Part shown: positions 63,021-64,000 of the stretch, piece after piece | How positions within the stretch are numbered: the first letter of the stretch is position 1 | How the letters are laid out: the number at the start of each line of letters is the position of its first letter | Assembly (NCBI RefSeq): GCF_006345805.1 | Contig: NC_043005.1 | Span: forward strand, 2,728,001-2,792,000 | From: Octopus sinensis | Taxonomy: Eukaryota | DNA: 64,000 nucleotides | Direction: 5' to 3' | Notes under the pieces: model-generated | Database searches by the model: none | What the model was told of the DNA's origin: nothing | The model's input: only the letters and a program-made list of their open reading frames with translations | Program-made: the position numbers and the translations under genes

Positions 63021-63340
63021 ATATGTATGTATATATATATGTATGTATGCATGTATGTATGTCTCTATGTATGTATGTATGTATGTATGTATGTGCATAT
63101 GTATGTATGTATGTGTGTATGTATGTATGTATGTATGTATGTATGTATGTATGTATGTATGTGCATATGTATGTATGTATGTTTGTATGTATGTATGTAT
63201 GTATGTGTGTGTGTGTGTGTATGTGTGTATGTATGTATGTATGTATGTATGTATGTATGTATGTATGTATGTATGTATGTGCATATGTATGTATGTGTGT
63301 GTATGTATGTGTGTATGTAGGTATGAATGTTTGTATAATG
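63020..63340. repeat. (TATG)n array with the same variant signature as 58510-59850
   Basis: Contains GTGCATATG and TTTG units. Confidence 0.95.
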
Positions 63341-63359
63341 TATGTGTTTATATTCTTTT

Positions 63360-63710
63360 TAGTTGTTTCAATCATTTCACTGCGGCCATGCTGGAGCACT
63401 GTGTCTAGTCGAGCAAATCGACCCCAGGCCTAGTCTAGTACTAATTCCATCGGGTTCTTTTGCCGAACCGCTAAGTTACGGGGGCGTAAACACACCAGCA
63501 TCGGTTGTCAGGCGATGTTGGGGGGGGGGACAAACACATACACACAAACACACGTACAAACATATATTTATATACACACGACAGGCTTCTTTCAGTTTCC
63601 GTCTACCAAATCCACTCACAGGGCTTTGGTCGACCTGAGGCTATAATAGAAGACACTAGCCCAAGGTGCCACGCAGTGGGACTGAACCTGAAACCATGCG
63701 GTTGGTAAGC
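63360..63710 (-). mobile_element. CORE-like SINE family C
   Basis: Reverse of the family C tail, body and head. Confidence 0.85.
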
Positions 63711-64000
63711 TACCATCATCATTTAACGTCTGTTTTTCATGCTGGCATTGGTTGGACAGTTTCACAGAAGCTGACCAGCTAAGGGCTGTTCATGCGCCAT
63801 GTCTGTTTTGGCACCAGCACTTTCGAGCCCGCAAGAATGGAGATGCTCAGTTGGAGGGGGTTGCAACGAATGAACGAGACCCTATGCCAGGGCAATCGCG
63901 TTTCTACTTAGCTCGACGTGTCTTTTCAAGCACAGCAAACCACCAGGAGTTTCGATCCCCTCTCATCCCCTCTGTGAAACCCGACGTTTCTAGATGCTTT

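Overview
AT-rich, repeat-dominated animal DNA, most likely an octopus (coleoid cephalopod). This is inferred from the tRNA-derived SINE families, CR1-type LINEs and very abundant (TA)n/(TATG)n microsatellites; it was not checked against a database. The only host protein-coding gene I can support is a minus-strand, large-intron group-B bHLH factor of the Mlx/Mondo/Max neighbourhood. Three phase-compatible exons (25311-25442, 17100-17252, 8289-8376) splice to ...RHKRVSHINAEHRRRNKIQ|RGFETLRQLVPALQENPSTKDSKASMLFK...; the remaining exons were not found and probably lie left of base 1. Its first intron holds a compact CCAAT-CRE-TATA promoter-like module. The rest is mostly mobile DNA: CR1-like and RTE LINE pieces, a pogo element with both TIRs, mariner, DD40D and hAT transposase remnants, a Penelope-like GIY-YIG fragment, Helitron-like short elements, many SINEs and kb-scale (TATG)n arrays. 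Most long ORFs in the ORF track are microsatellite artefacts. The best leads are the divergent bHLH and its internal promoter, a dispersed (TA)n-embedded element with minimal hammerhead-like motifs, two unexplained multi-hairpin islands near 32.6 and 33.1 kb, shared SINE/LINE 3' motifs, and intronic inverted SINE pairs that could be ADAR substrates. Repeat boundaries are approximate.
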